DNA from: an uncultured delta proteobacterium
Lineage (GTDB): Bacteria; Desulfobacterota; Binatia; UBA9968
Reading direction: 5' to 3'
DNA: 64,000 nucleotides
Assembly (NCBI GenBank): GCA_963755715.1
Contig: CAVWLW010000027.1
Coordinates: 160,001 to 224,000 of the forward strand
The position numbers and the translations under genes are program-made. Within the stretch, counting starts at the first letter, position 1; each line of letters opens with the position of its first letter. Of the stretch, positions 49,959 to 59,704 are shown piece after piece. The notes under the pieces are model-generated. The model was not told the DNA's origin. It did no database searches and was given only the letters and a program-made list of their open reading frames with translations.

Positions 49959-51026
49959 TTACAGTGGCGGCGCCTTGACGACCGTCGATGCATCGATGCT
50001 GGCGACAGTCGGCCGGCCGCATTTGGCCATGGTAATTTCGATTTCCTCGCGCAGAATATCGAAAACACGGATAACGCCTTTTTCGCCGTCGACGGCGAGT
50101 CCCCAAAAAAGTGGCCGGCCGATGAAGACGGCTTTGGCCCCCAAGGCGATTGCCTTGACGACATCGGCGCCGCGCCGCACACCGCCATCGAGGTAGATTT
50201 CCAGCTTACCCTTGGCCGCCGCCACAGCCTCGGCAAGCACTTCGATGGTCGCCAAGGTGTTGTCCAAATGGCGCCCGCCGTGATTGGAAACTATGACGCC
50301 ATCAGCGCCGACTTCGGCGCAAAGCTCGACGTCCTCGCCGGTCAATACGCCCTTGGCGATAACGGGAAGTTCCGTGGCGGACTTGATCCAGGCTAAATCG
50401 TTCCAGGTCGCGGCGGGGTCGGATCCTTCTCCGGCCCTGCCTGCGGGTCTCGGCGTCTCCGCATTCGTCTTTGGATAGTTAACACCGCGCGTCCTGCGAT
50501 AATTATTGCGGATGTTGCGCTCGCGCTTGGGCGGCCATTGCGAATCCAAGGTGACGATGATCGCCTCATATCCCGCTTCCTTGGCACGGTCGAGCCACTC
50601 CTGAGTCATTTCCTTATCGCGGAAGGGATACATCTGGACCCATAAGTGTCCGCGCGCGGCTTTTGCCAGTTCTTCAAAAGACGTATTCGAATTGGCGCTG
50701 ACGGCCATGATACTGCCGCACGCCGCTGCGGCGCGATAGGTGGCGAGCTCGCCGTCGGGATGGGCGCGCTTGTGTCCACCGCAAGGCGCGATCAAAACCG
50801 GCAAGCTCACTTTGGTGCCAAGCACCGTGGTCGACAGATCCAATGCGCTCACGTCGCGCAGCACGCGCGGGCGCAGCGCCCAAGAGGCAAACGCGCGGTG
50901 ATTCCGATCGACGCTGATCTCGTCCGTGGCGCCGCCGGCGATGTAGTCATATTCTTCTTTCGGCAAACGCTCTTTGGCGAATTGCTCGAATTCAAAAAGA
51001 TTGATCGGTTGTGGTAGCGCGGTCAT
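49959..51026 (-). CDS. FMN-dependent alpha-hydroxy acid oxidase/dehydrogenase
   Basis: YIAGGA, LRPRVL, VSNHGGR and DGGVRRGADV. Confidence 0.92.
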   Translation of the reverse strand: MTALPQPINLFEFEQFAKERLPKEEYDYIAGGATDEISVDRNHRAFASWALRPRVLRDVSALDLSTTVLGTKVSLPVLIAPCGGHKRAHPDGELATYRAAAACGSIMAVSANSNTSFEELAKAARGHLWVQMYPFRDKEMTQEWLDRAKEAGYEAIIVTLDSQWPPKRERNIRNNYRRTRGVNYPKTNAETPRPAGRAGEGSDPAATWNDLAWIKSATELPVIAKGVLTGEDVELCAEVGADGVIVSNHGGRHLDNTLATIEVLAEAVAAAKGKLEIYLDGGVRRGADVVKAIALGAKAVFIGRPLFWGLAVDGEKGVIRVFDILREEIEITMAKCGRPTVASIDASTVVKAPPL

Positions 51027-51270
51027 TCTTCCTCCGTAAATTGAGTCGATCTGAAGAAATCGAGGCGAGATAAATCCATGCAGATAAATTTCGCCCTCGA
51101 TCCAAATACCGGCCTCGTCATGTCATATCTTTTCTTGCGCCGAGCGTCCACATCTGTCAAACGTACGGCGGTATTTTGACTCAGAAATCGAGAGCTAGTT
51201 TTTTTACTCGATGCTGGAATCCGCAGTCGATTTAGGATCGGGAGATGTCACTGATGGTCTTTAAACGACA

Positions 51271-51303
51271 AAGCCCAGCGAGGAGCAATCCCTCGCTGGG
51301 CTT
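51271..51303 (-). terminator. Probable intrinsic terminator after the CsgG-like gene
   Basis: AAGCCCAGCGAGG...CCTCGCTGGGCTT 13-bp stem with a U-rich tail on the minus strand. Confidence 0.7.
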
Positions 51304-51333
51304 GAGTCGATGCCGTTAGATTCTTATTTAAGT

Positions 51334-52263
51334 CTAATAGGGCGGTTTAGTCGGCGCAGGTTTTGCCGCGGGCTTAGGTGCCGGTTTTGCTGCCGGCTTG
51401 GCTGCTGGCGCCGCCGCCGCGGCCGGCGTCAAAGCCTGCGATGCAGGCGTCGTTCCACCCTGGACGCCTAAGCCGCCGCCGGTGCCGAGACCACCCTTGA
51501 CCTCTTGAGCTTTGTAATTTCGCACGGACTGAACCAGCCGGTTATAAGCATCTGCAAACGCGCCGGCAAGGACCTTGCCTTCCGGAGTGTTAGTGTATCC
51601 TCCGAGTCCTCCCCCGCCCCCCGAACCGAAGCCGGCGCTGAAGAGATTGAAATCGGTATTCGACGCAGCTCCTTCGGCAGAAGCCAGTTGCACGCCCGAT
51701 CGATTATCCACCAAGGTAAGCGTGGTGGATGCTTCGCTGGTTCTAAGACCGCCCGCGAGTGCACCGAACGCTCCGGCGTAGGGAATTCCACCTAATGCGC
51801 CTCCCAGACCTTTGGTATCCCGTTGGCTGAACGTGATCATCGGATTGAGCGAATAATCCGCAGCCACGACCTGCCCTTGCCCGAAATTACTTCCCTCGCG
51901 TAGCTCGCCGCTTTGTTGGAGGGCCCGCTCGCCCTGCATCTGACCGAAGGCTCGGCCGCGCTCGACGACAACGAAGCAGTTGGACTGCTGCACCAGCAAG
52001 CGAATGAGCGGAACCGTCGAGGTGAGCTTGTACTCCCGAGTGAGTCGATAGTACCAGGGCGACGTCTGGTCTTCGATGACAGCCAAAGTTCCAAGCGATT
52101 GATCGCAGCGCTCCAGCTTGGCATTGGCGTTTTGTGAGGTTGCGCCGCCCGCCGATCCCGTCACTGGCGTTCTGGCGGAGTCGTCACCCATCTGGACGCC
52201 GCAACCTGTCAGCAAGGCCAAAACAAGCATGCCGTACAATGATTTAATGATGGCCGATTTCAT
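51334..52263 (-). CDS. CsgG/HfaB-family lipoprotein
   Basis: Lipobox LLTGC, QQSNCFVVVERG, ERALQQSGE and a C-terminal PAAK repeat tail. Confidence 0.8.
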   Translation of the reverse strand: MKSAIIKSLYGMLVLALLTGCGVQMGDDSARTPVTGSAGGATSQNANAKLERCDQSLGTLAVIEDQTSPWYYRLTREYKLTSTVPLIRLLVQQSNCFVVVERGRAFGQMQGERALQQSGELREGSNFGQGQVVAADYSLNPMITFSQRDTKGLGGALGGIPYAGAFGALAGGLRTSEASTTLTLVDNRSGVQLASAEGAASNTDFNLFSAGFGSGGGGGLGGYTNTPEGKVLAGAFADAYNRLVQSVRNYKAQEVKGGLGTGGGLGVQGGTTPASQALTPAAAAAPAAKPAAKPAPKPAAKPAPTKPPY

Positions 52264-52400
52264 TATTTCCTCCCCGTTGCTGATCTATGTAGTGTTTGGG
52301 ATGCATAATCGGGGGAGGTTTTACCTTTTTTTACGCTATCACGTCAATACCCTCACAAAACGATCAATTTTTACCAGCCAGCTTACCTAAAAAGGGGTCT

Positions 52401-53333
52401 TTATTGATAGAGTTTTCGGATATAGCCGCTGTCATCGATCTCCTTGACGTAGTGCAAATCCCACAGCGCCAGCGGGTTGAATTCCTTGATCTCCGGATCG
52501 CGCTTCACGCCGAGCGCGAAGACGTTTTGAATAGCCTCGATGGACGGATACGGAGCTTTCTCCAGCGAGTCGGCTTGGTTTTCGTAGAAACAATCCCACT
52601 CCTGGTCATCGTGCATTTTGAGCAGCTGGGAGCAATGTTTTTTAATAATAGCGATGGTGTCGGCTTTCTTGGTTTTGAAAAAATGAGTGCCGTCGATCAG
52701 CGCCATAATCAGGGATCGGCACTCGTCTTCGTGTTTACTCACATACGTGGTCGTCGTCGTCAGCGTCACGCCTTCGATCATCGCCATCGGCGGCACTTCG
52801 ACGATCTTGGCGTTGAATTTGAGCGCGCGCAGGCGATCCACGGCGCGAATAAAAGTGGCGTCGTATTTGCCTTCAGTAACGGCCTTGGCCCGTTCTGCGC
52901 CTTTGACTGGGTCCGTGACCAGTTCGACGTCGCGCCCTTCTTCCAAGCCATGTTGTTTAAGATACAGCCAGACGTTTAAGCCGGTATGGCCGTCATAATC
53001 GTCCATGGCGACGCGCTTGCCTTTTAGATCCTTGAGGCCCTCAATGCCTTTACCGCAAACAAGATAATTTTCCCGCCAGGCATTGTTGCTCTGCGCGATG
53101 TGCACGTAGGGATCGCCGTAGAGCGCCTTGCGCACGTACAAATTGTGATGATTGCCCGAGACGACATCGAGGTCACCCGCCTTCAACCCGTCCGCCGCGC
53201 GTTTGCGCTGCCCTTCGAGCGAGCCCATCTCCATTTCCAATCCGTGCTTCTCCAGAAACCCGCCTTCCTCCATCACTTTCCACAGCGGTACGTGACTCGG
53301 CGCCCGATAATGAATTTTGATTTTCTTAGCCAT
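52401..53333 (-). CDS. NMT1/SsuA-like binding-protein fold without a signal peptide
   Basis: GFLEKHGLE, DLKGKRVA and IDDSGYIRKLY; the N-terminus MAKKIKIHYR has no hydrophobic core. Confidence 0.8.
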   Translation of the reverse strand: MAKKIKIHYRAPSHVPLWKVMEEGGFLEKHGLEMEMGSLEGQRKRAADGLKAGDLDVVSGNHHNLYVRKALYGDPYVHIAQSNNAWRENYLVCGKGIEGLKDLKGKRVAMDDYDGHTGLNVWLYLKQHGLEEGRDVELVTDPVKGAERAKAVTEGKYDATFIRAVDRLRALKFNAKIVEVPPMAMIEGVTLTTTTTYVSKHEDECRSLIMALIDGTHFFKTKKADTIAIIKKHCSQLLKMHDDQEWDCFYENQADSLEKAPYPSIEAIQNVFALGVKRDPEIKEFNPLALWDLHYVKEIDDSGYIRKLYQ

Positions 53334-53360
53334 CACTCTTCCACCTTTCCTGGTTTTTCA

Positions 53361-53404
53361 CTAAACGATTTGAACGGCTGAACCCTTTGAACGTTTTGAA
53401 CGAC
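53361..53404 (+). repeat. 9-nt TTGAACGNT tandem repeat
   Basis: ctaaacgat ttgaacggc tgaaccct ttgaacgtt ttgaacgac. Confidence 0.75.
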
Positions 53405-54495
53405 TATTTTCCTTTTAGCACTTGCCATACTTTCTCACGATTCTCCTGGCGGCCGGTGACGATCCAATTCCAATCGGTATCGTCGAAATATTTAACGCCC
53501 TTCTTCGGTAAATTGCCGGGATTCAGATTCGCTTCGTCGATATCCGTGCGCAGGCTAACGGAGCCGAAGCCGCGCGCATAAGTGCCGAGCCCCTCTTTGG
53601 ATAGAATCCAGTTGGCGAAAAGTTGCGCTGCTTTCGGATTGGGCGCCTTGTTCGCGAGAGTCAACATCCACGGCGAACCGTTGACCGACCCGGGCATATC
53701 GGCGAGCGAAAATATTTCGAGAATCTTGAAGCCGTCTTTTATCAATGGCCGGACGTCGTCCTCGCGGCAACTGAGACAGATCGGCTGCGTGCCGCGCGCC
53801 AACCAGTCGCTCATCTGCCTGCGATCACGCGTGCGCACGGCCTTTTGCTCGATATAAAGTTTGCGGACGAAATCTTCGCCGAAGTCATGATAAAACCTGG
53901 CCGCGGCGTTGGCGCCCGAGCCGGTGGTCGTCGGGTCTTCGGTGGAAATCTTGCCGCGCCATTTGGCATTGAGCAGATCTTTGGCCGCGCGCATCTCTTC
54001 CGGCTTCACCTGATCGGTGTTGATGAACAACAAGGTCGCCACGCTGCTGAAAGCGCGCGCGACGAAACGCTCTTCGGGATCGGCGAACCAGATTTTGCCC
54101 TGTTTCCATTTCGTGGCGTCGGTAACTTCCGGCATGATCAGAAGCGGTTTGAGAGGATCGATCAACTTTTCGCCGTAGAGCGTCGTGGCCGTGGTATCGG
54201 GCCCGGCGAGAAAAACATCGACACTGTAAATACCCGAGCCGCGCTCGGTTTTGATCCGCGCCGTGATTTCACTCGAGCGGCCGGCGATAAACTCGATGGG
54301 AATGCCGTAGCGTTCTTTGAATTTCGGTATCACGTCGTTGCGCATGACCGGATCGGGAGAGCCGGCGACAACGACTTTGCCTTCTTTTTTCGCCGCCTCG
54401 ACGACGGCATTCCATTCTTTGTCGCTCGCCTTGGTTTGCGCAAATCCAGGCGCGCTCCATCCGAGCATTGCGATGATTAGGATAAGCCAAGCCAT
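53404..54495 (-). CDS. Fe3+/thiamine-type ABC substrate-binding protein
   Basis: Own signal peptide MAWLILIIAMLGWSAPGFA; AAKKEGKVVV and APNPKAA. Confidence 0.87.
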   Translation of the reverse strand: MAWLILIIAMLGWSAPGFAQTKASDKEWNAVVEAAKKEGKVVVAGSPDPVMRNDVIPKFKERYGIPIEFIAGRSSEITARIKTERGSGIYSVDVFLAGPDTTATTLYGEKLIDPLKPLLIMPEVTDATKWKQGKIWFADPEERFVARAFSSVATLLFINTDQVKPEEMRAAKDLLNAKWRGKISTEDPTTTGSGANAAARFYHDFGEDFVRKLYIEQKAVRTRDRRQMSDWLARGTQPICLSCREDDVRPLIKDGFKILEIFSLADMPGSVNGSPWMLTLANKAPNPKAAQLFANWILSKEGLGTYARGFGSVSLRTDIDEANLNPGNLPKKGVKYFDDTDWNWIVTGRQENREKVWQVLKGK

Positions 54496-54515
54496 AATGC
54501 CCCCACGGTCATGTA

Positions 54516-56247
54516 TCATTGCAGCCCCGATAACTGAAGACCCAAACGCCGGCCGATCAGCATCATGGCGCAGATCATCGCCGTGATCAGCAGGCCGAGA
54601 GCGGCGCCCCGTTCTAACTCGCCGGTCACGCTGTATTCGAGCAGCAAAATCGCCAGGGGCCTCGACTGGTGGCTGTAGAGCAGCACCGGCGTGCTGATGC
54701 TGGTCAAGGCGCCGCCAAAATTCATCAAGCCGACTGCGCCGGCGATCGGCGCCAAGAGCGGCAGCAGAATTTTTCGGTAGGTATACCACCACGACGCGCC
54801 GGTTACGCGCGCCGCTTCTTCGAGGTCCGCGACCGAGCTGCAAATATCCCGCTCTGAATGCTTGAGTGGTCACCGGACTGTCGCTCACCATGAGCGCCAG
54901 GGCGATGCCCCAAACCGTGCCGTAGAATAGAAAGCGCAGCGGTGTGGCGAGAAACAACCACAGAATCCCGAGCCCAAGGAGTATGCCCGGCAGAATATGC
55001 GGCAACCAGCAAAGCCCTTCCAGCAGCGGCGCCGCAACCGCGCGGCGCGATACCAGTAAGTAAGCGACCGTGGAGTAGAGCACGATGCCGCCTACCGCCG
55101 TGATCGAGGCGATGATCAAACTATTTTTCAACGACAAGAGAAAAATCGGATCGCTGAGAAGATCGCGCCAATGCGCCAGAGTAAACGGCGAGTTGATATT
55201 GAAGAAACCGTAGCGGCGCATGAACGAGCCGATGATGAGAAATATCAAAGGCAGCACGGTCATGACCGCAATATAAAAAAGGCAACCCGCCAGCGCGACC
55301 CAGCGCCACTTGCCGAGCTTAACGCGCAAGGTCGAATAACCTTGGCCCGTGACCACGGTAAATTGCCGCTTGCCGCGAAGAAAGCGCCAGTAGAGAAACA
55401 GCAGCGCGCCGAGAGTGAGGATGAAGACGGAACCGAGCGCCGTCGCTTCGCCGTACGAAGAGGGCTCGCGGTGGATGTAGTCATAAATCCGCGTCGAGTA
55501 AACGTAGATCCCCGCGGGGGTGCCGAGCAGAAGCTCGGTGTTGAACGATTGCAGACCGCGAATGAAACTCAACACCGAGACCGCCAAAATCATCGGCGAT
55601 AGCAATGGAATCGTTATGCGCCAAAGCATCGTCGCCGTGTTGGCGCCGGCGACTCGCGCCGCTTCTTCCAGCGCCGCGCCGAGACGGCGAAACACCGGCG
55701 TCAAGAGAATCACCTTAAACCAGATACCGCCCGCCGAAGTGTGCACCCAGACGATGCCCCAGAAGCTGTACGGATTGAACAGCGGCCCGTCGACGAACGG
55801 CAGATGACGCGCCAATGTGTTGAGGAAGCCGTAATTAGGATCGAGAAGCAAAATCCACGCAAGCGTCAGCGGGAAATCCGGAATAAAGTACGCAACCCAG
55901 CAAAAAAACTCGATGGCGTTGCCACCCGGCATGTCGGTGCGCGCGATCAACCACGCGAACATCACGCCAATCATGATCGCGGGAATCAGACGCGCCACGG
56001 CAAGAAGGAAACTCATCCAAAGCGCGCTGATCGTCGTCGGATCGTTGAACGCGCGGAGCCAATTATCAAATCCATACGCGGCCGCTCGCCCTGGCTGCGC
56101 TAAATTGAAGCTGCCGGTAAGCAGAAACAGAAGCGGCAGTCCCGTCACCACCGCGAAGAGCAAGAGCATTGAGAATTCCGCCACACGAATCGGGCGCAGG
56201 CGAAATCTCGGCCGCGGTAGCTCTAGAGTCGAAGCCGGGATGCTCAT
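54516..56247 (-). CDS. FbpB-like double-domain ABC permease; frameshift near 54830
   Basis: ARTDMPG; first EAA loop LEEAARVAGA; the second EAA loop and C-terminus are in the frame ending at 54516. Confidence 0.87.
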
Positions 56248-56254
56248 CAAAGCC

Positions 56255-57343
56255 TCAGCGCGGATGAATAGTCACGGCGCTCGGATCGAAGCTCAGTCGG
56301 ACTTTGGCGCCGATTGGGTAACGGTCTCGCTTGGGAGCGGACAGAACTAAAACTGCGCCCGCCGCCCGCACATAGTACTCGAAGCGGTCGCCGAGATAAT
56401 CCACTTGTTCGACGGTCGCGTCGATCTGATTCGATGCAGGTTCCGCCGGCGGAAGAATTTCGATATCCTCCGGCCGCGCGATCAGCCGCACTGGCGCGCC
56501 ATCGCGCAACGAGTCGGTTGAATATGCGCTAACCGCAAGGCGCCCGCCGCCAGTCAATTCAATCCATTGGCCGCCAACTGGTTTCCTCAGCGCTCCGTCG
56601 AGCGTAACCGTCCGGCCGAGAAACTCGCCCGCAAACGTGGTCGCCGGTTTCTCGTAAACCTCCTCAGGCGATCCCACTTGTTCAAAGCGGCCCCGATTGA
56701 CCACCGCGATGCGATCCGACAGCGTCATCGCTTCGGTCTGGTCATGGGTCACATAGAGAATCGTCAGCGTCAGTTTCCTCTGCAGCGCGCGCAGCTCGAA
56801 ACGCATCTGCTCGCGCAGCTTGGCGTCGAGATTCGACAGCGGTTCATCGAGCAGCAATACGGCGGGCTCGTACACCAGCGCCCGCGCTAACGCGACCCGC
56901 TGCTGTTGCCCACCGGAAAGTTGCGTCGCGCCGCGATCAGCAAAGCCATCGAGACCAACACTCTCCAGCGCATGATCGACCCGTTGTCGAATTAAGTCGG
57001 CGGATTCACGTCGCACCCGAAGCGGAAATGCAACGTTTTCGAATACCGTGAGGTGCGGCCAGATTGCGTAGGATTGAAAGACCATTCCAAGTTGGCGCTT
57101 TTCCGGCGGCAGAAACAGTCCCCGTTGCGGCGCCGCGACGATCTTGCCGTCGATGTAAATCTCCCCGTCGTCCGGCTCTTCCAGTCCGGCCACCAAGCGC
57201 AGCGTGGTCGTCTTGCCGCAGCCGGACGGACCGAGCAGAGTAAAAATCTCACCACGCTGAACGGCAAAATTCACACCGTCTACCGCGTTGACGGTCCCGA
57301 AGCGTTTGATGACGGCACGAAATTCGAGAACCGGCGGAGCCAT
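56255..57343 (-). CDS. ABC ATP-binding protein (FbpC/PotA-like)
   Basis: GPSGCGKTT, LSGGQQQ, DEPLSNLD and a TOBE-like tail. Confidence 0.93.
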   Translation of the reverse strand: MAPPVLEFRAVIKRFGTVNAVDGVNFAVQRGEIFTLLGPSGCGKTTTLRLVAGLEEPDDGEIYIDGKIVAAPQRGLFLPPEKRQLGMVFQSYAIWPHLTVFENVAFPLRVRRESADLIRQRVDHALESVGLDGFADRGATQLSGGQQQRVALARALVYEPAVLLLDEPLSNLDAKLREQMRFELRALQRKLTLTILYVTHDQTEAMTLSDRIAVVNRGRFEQVGSPEEVYEKPATTFAGEFLGRTVTLDGALRKPVGGQWIELTGGGRLAVSAYSTDSLRDGAPVRLIARPEDIEILPPAEPASNQIDATVEQVDYLGDRFEYYVRAAGAVLVLSAPKRDRYPIGAKVRLSFDPSAVTIHPR

Positions 57344-57390
57344 AACAATCGATCAAAGCGTTACTCTTGGACCCTGCTATTCGCTTTCCG

Positions 57391-57429
57391 ACGATTTGAA
57401 CGACTTGAACGTTTTGAACGATTGGAACG
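57391..57429 (+). repeat. 9-nt TTGAACGNT tandem repeat
   Basis: acgat ttgaacgac ttgaacgtt ttgaacgat tggaacg. Confidence 0.8.
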
Positions 57430-57439
57430 CGTTGGAGAC

Positions 57440-58168
57440 TTATTCCTCATCGAGCAGCTTACAGTAATAGCGCCAGTTGGAATTGGCATGCACCCCTTTG
57501 CTGTCACTGCGCGACTTGCCGACGAGAATTTCAATGTCTTCCTGTGGAATCGGTTGCGGCGTGCCAAGCAGCGAAGCTTGGTAGTTGATCACCGCTGCGT
57601 CATTGAGTTTGATCGCCGTAAGCGTCGCGTCTTCGATACTCGGCCCCGCGCTGGTGATCCCATGGCCGCGCATGAGGCAGGCTTGCTTCTTGCCCATCGC
57701 GTTTGCGAATTCTTCGCCGAGCTTTTCACTGGATACAGTAATGCTTCTGGGGTAAGTCGCCAGTCCTTCCACCAGCAGGCGGAGACCAGACGGATCGTAC
57801 GCGCCGAAGAGAGGTTGCAAAGGCTTGCCGCAAATCGTGAACAGCACAACGGTCAACGGATGCACATGCACGACGCATTCAACATCCGGCCGCGTCTTAT
57901 AGAGCCAAGTGTGGATGAAGACTTCCTGAGGCACATCCAGGCCGTCGTCGCCCGCCAGTTTCTTGCCGTTGAAATCGACGGTGATGATATCGCGCGCGCT
58001 CACGAAACGCAGACCCGATTCCTCGGGCCCGCGCGCTTTGATGAGAACTTTGTCCTCGCCCGGCACGCGCGCGCTGACGTGGCCGCTGGGCTCTTTTGTA
58101 AGGTTAAGTTTGCCGAGGACACGGCAAGACTGGGCAACCAACTCGCGCAACTTTGTTTGATCTGCCAT
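57440..58168 (-). CDS. Class II aldolase/adducin family protein
   Basis: GHVSAR, E..IH..LYK.RPDV, HVH and LMRGHG metal ligands. Confidence 0.9.
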   Translation of the reverse strand: MADQTKLRELVAQSCRVLGKLNLTKEPSGHVSARVPGEDKVLIKARGPEESGLRFVSARDIITVDFNGKKLAGDDGLDVPQEVFIHTWLYKTRPDVECVVHVHPLTVVLFTICGKPLQPLFGAYDPSGLRLLVEGLATYPRSITVSSEKLGEEFANAMGKKQACLMRGHGITSAGPSIEDATLTAIKLNDAAVINYQASLLGTPQPIPQEDIEILVGKSRSDSKGVHANSNWRYYCKLLDEE

Positions 58169-58219
58169 AAAATTTATTCTCCGCTATTCTTGAATTTGAT
58201 CGTCACGGAAAGCGACTGG

Positions 58220-58248
58220 ATCATAGCCTCGGTCAAATGCCAAGGCAA
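58220..58248 (-). promoter_or_regulatory. Putative sigma70 promoter for the aldolase-ABC genes
   Basis: TTGCCT-N17-TATGAT. Confidence 0.45.
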
Positions 58249-58398
58249 GCTAAGAGTTGGATCGGGCGCGCGGGAAACCGGGCGGATGATCGCGATTGAA
58301 TTCGGCGTTCGTTGAGAAAATCCCGAGTAGCAGACTCTGGACTCGAAGCAAAAACAACCGAGCCCCTCGGAGGGGGATCGAGGAGCTCGGTTGGAGCG

Positions 58399-59565
58399 TT
58401 ACTGATTGACGGCGCGCGGCGCGCGATCGTCGCCGATTTGCGCGATGGACTCCAGCAAATGGGTGTCGATGAATGGATTGTTCGCCGCATCGCGAACGAT
58501 GCCCAGAGGATCTTGACCCTGCCTCACCTTTTTCAATTCACGGAACATCACTTCGCGCAGCAGGATGACGCCACGATCCGAGCTGGTCAGCCGTTCGGTT
58601 GTGCGGTCCGCGATCGGCCCCTGAGTTTCCCAGGCCATATGGTCTTGGGCCTGCACCATATCCATGCGGAATTTCGTGTAGGGATGGAGCGCGTCGGGAG
58701 GATTCTTGTACGGCTTGATATATTCCACGGGCGGCTCGTCGTTCTCCACAATCTCGCCGTTTTCAGCCGGGAAAAAGCGCACGAAGTAAACTTTTGTGTG
58801 TGTATCATCCATCGGTACGCGAATTTGACCGACGTTTCCCTGGCGCAATATATTCGGGAAGATCACCGGATGCTCGTCGATCATGCCGTTTTTGTACGTC
58901 CGACGTTTCATGAGTCCATAAGAGACCTCGTAAAAGTCGAATTCCTGAACGTCATCCGTGAGTCCGCGCGTGCTGTCTTGAATCGGCCGGCCGCGATTGG
59001 CCGTATCCTGATGGAGAATCTGCAGATGCGCCGGGTCCATGGAATTCTCCATCGCTTGAAACCAATTGCAGTCGAGTTGCGGTTGAATGAAGATTTTTCG
59101 GTGACCATCCTTACGATACCAAACATCGAAGTTTGGGATCAGCGGCAGCGGCTGTGGCCCCAGGTAGGCCCAGTAAAGACCGACTAATTTTTGCACTGGA
59201 TAGGATTTTTGTTTTACGGTCAGGTGAAATTTGCTTTCGGCGGGTTCAGCGGGCGTCTCCAGACAGTTTCCCTTGGTGTCGTACAGCCAGCCATGGTAAG
59301 GGCAAGCGATGCCTCGTTCCTCGACGCGTCCATAACAAAGTGACGCGCCGCGGTGCGAGCAGCGATCGTTTAACAGACCGACGTTGCCTTTCTTGTCGCG
59401 AAACAGCACCAGCGTCTCGCCGAGAATCCGCACGATTTGCGTGGGGCTTTCAGCGGTAAGCTCGCTCGCGACACCGACGGGAAACCAATAGCGCCGCAAC
59501 AGTTCTCCGGCGGGGGTCCCCGGTCCCACACGGGTGATCATCTCATTTTCTTCTCTAGTAAGCAT
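58399..59565 (-). CDS. Rieske non-heme iron oxygenase alpha subunit (phthalate 4,5-dioxygenase/LigX-like)
   Basis: MLTREENE..GPGTP.G.LLRRYW, CSH...CPYHGW, ENSMDPAH..ILH and QD..AWETQG. Confidence 0.92.
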   Translation of the reverse strand: MLTREENEMITRVGPGTPAGELLRRYWFPVGVASELTAESPTQIVRILGETLVLFRDKKGNVGLLNDRCSHRGASLCYGRVEERGIACPYHGWLYDTKGNCLETPAEPAESKFHLTVKQKSYPVQKLVGLYWAYLGPQPLPLIPNFDVWYRKDGHRKIFIQPQLDCNWFQAMENSMDPAHLQILHQDTANRGRPIQDSTRGLTDDVQEFDFYEVSYGLMKRRTYKNGMIDEHPVIFPNILRQGNVGQIRVPMDDTHTKVYFVRFFPAENGEIVENDEPPVEYIKPYKNPPDALHPYTKFRMDMVQAQDHMAWETQGPIADRTTERLTSSDRGVILLREVMFRELKKVRQGQDPLGIVRDAANNPFIDTHLLESIAQIGDDRAPRAVNQ

Positions 59566-59650
59566 AACCAAATCCTCCGACTTCGATGTCGAGCGCTATT
59601 TTTCTCCCGCTTAGCTAAAGCCTCATCGCTCCCAAATCATAATCGAATTG

Positions 59651-59704
59651 GAACTCTTTAGGCAAGAGTTCTATGCGAAAAAACCAAGAAAAATCAATAA
59701 CTTA
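59651..59704. promoter_or_regulatory. Operator-like palindrome and IHF site upstream of the Rieske gene
   Basis: GAACTCTT-N5-AAGAGTTC (59651-59671); AATCAATAACTTA (59692-59704) matches the IHF consensus. Confidence 0.45.

Noticed and set aside
53404-56250. 948-aa permease-binding protein fusion
   Set aside because: Caused by a frameshift near 54830. The permease C-terminus ends at 54516 in another frame, and the binding protein has its own ATG and signal peptide at 54495.
14717-57429. Short repeat arrays as CRISPR
   Set aside because: Units are 7-9 nt with no unique spacers, and there are no cas genes.
57053-59187. Long plus-strand ORFs (420 aa, 291 aa) and similar antisense ORFs elsewhere
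   Set aside because: Shadow ORFs opposite well-supported genes in GC-rich DNA, with no recognisable motifs; ERLERFERLE is just the translated 9-mer repeat.
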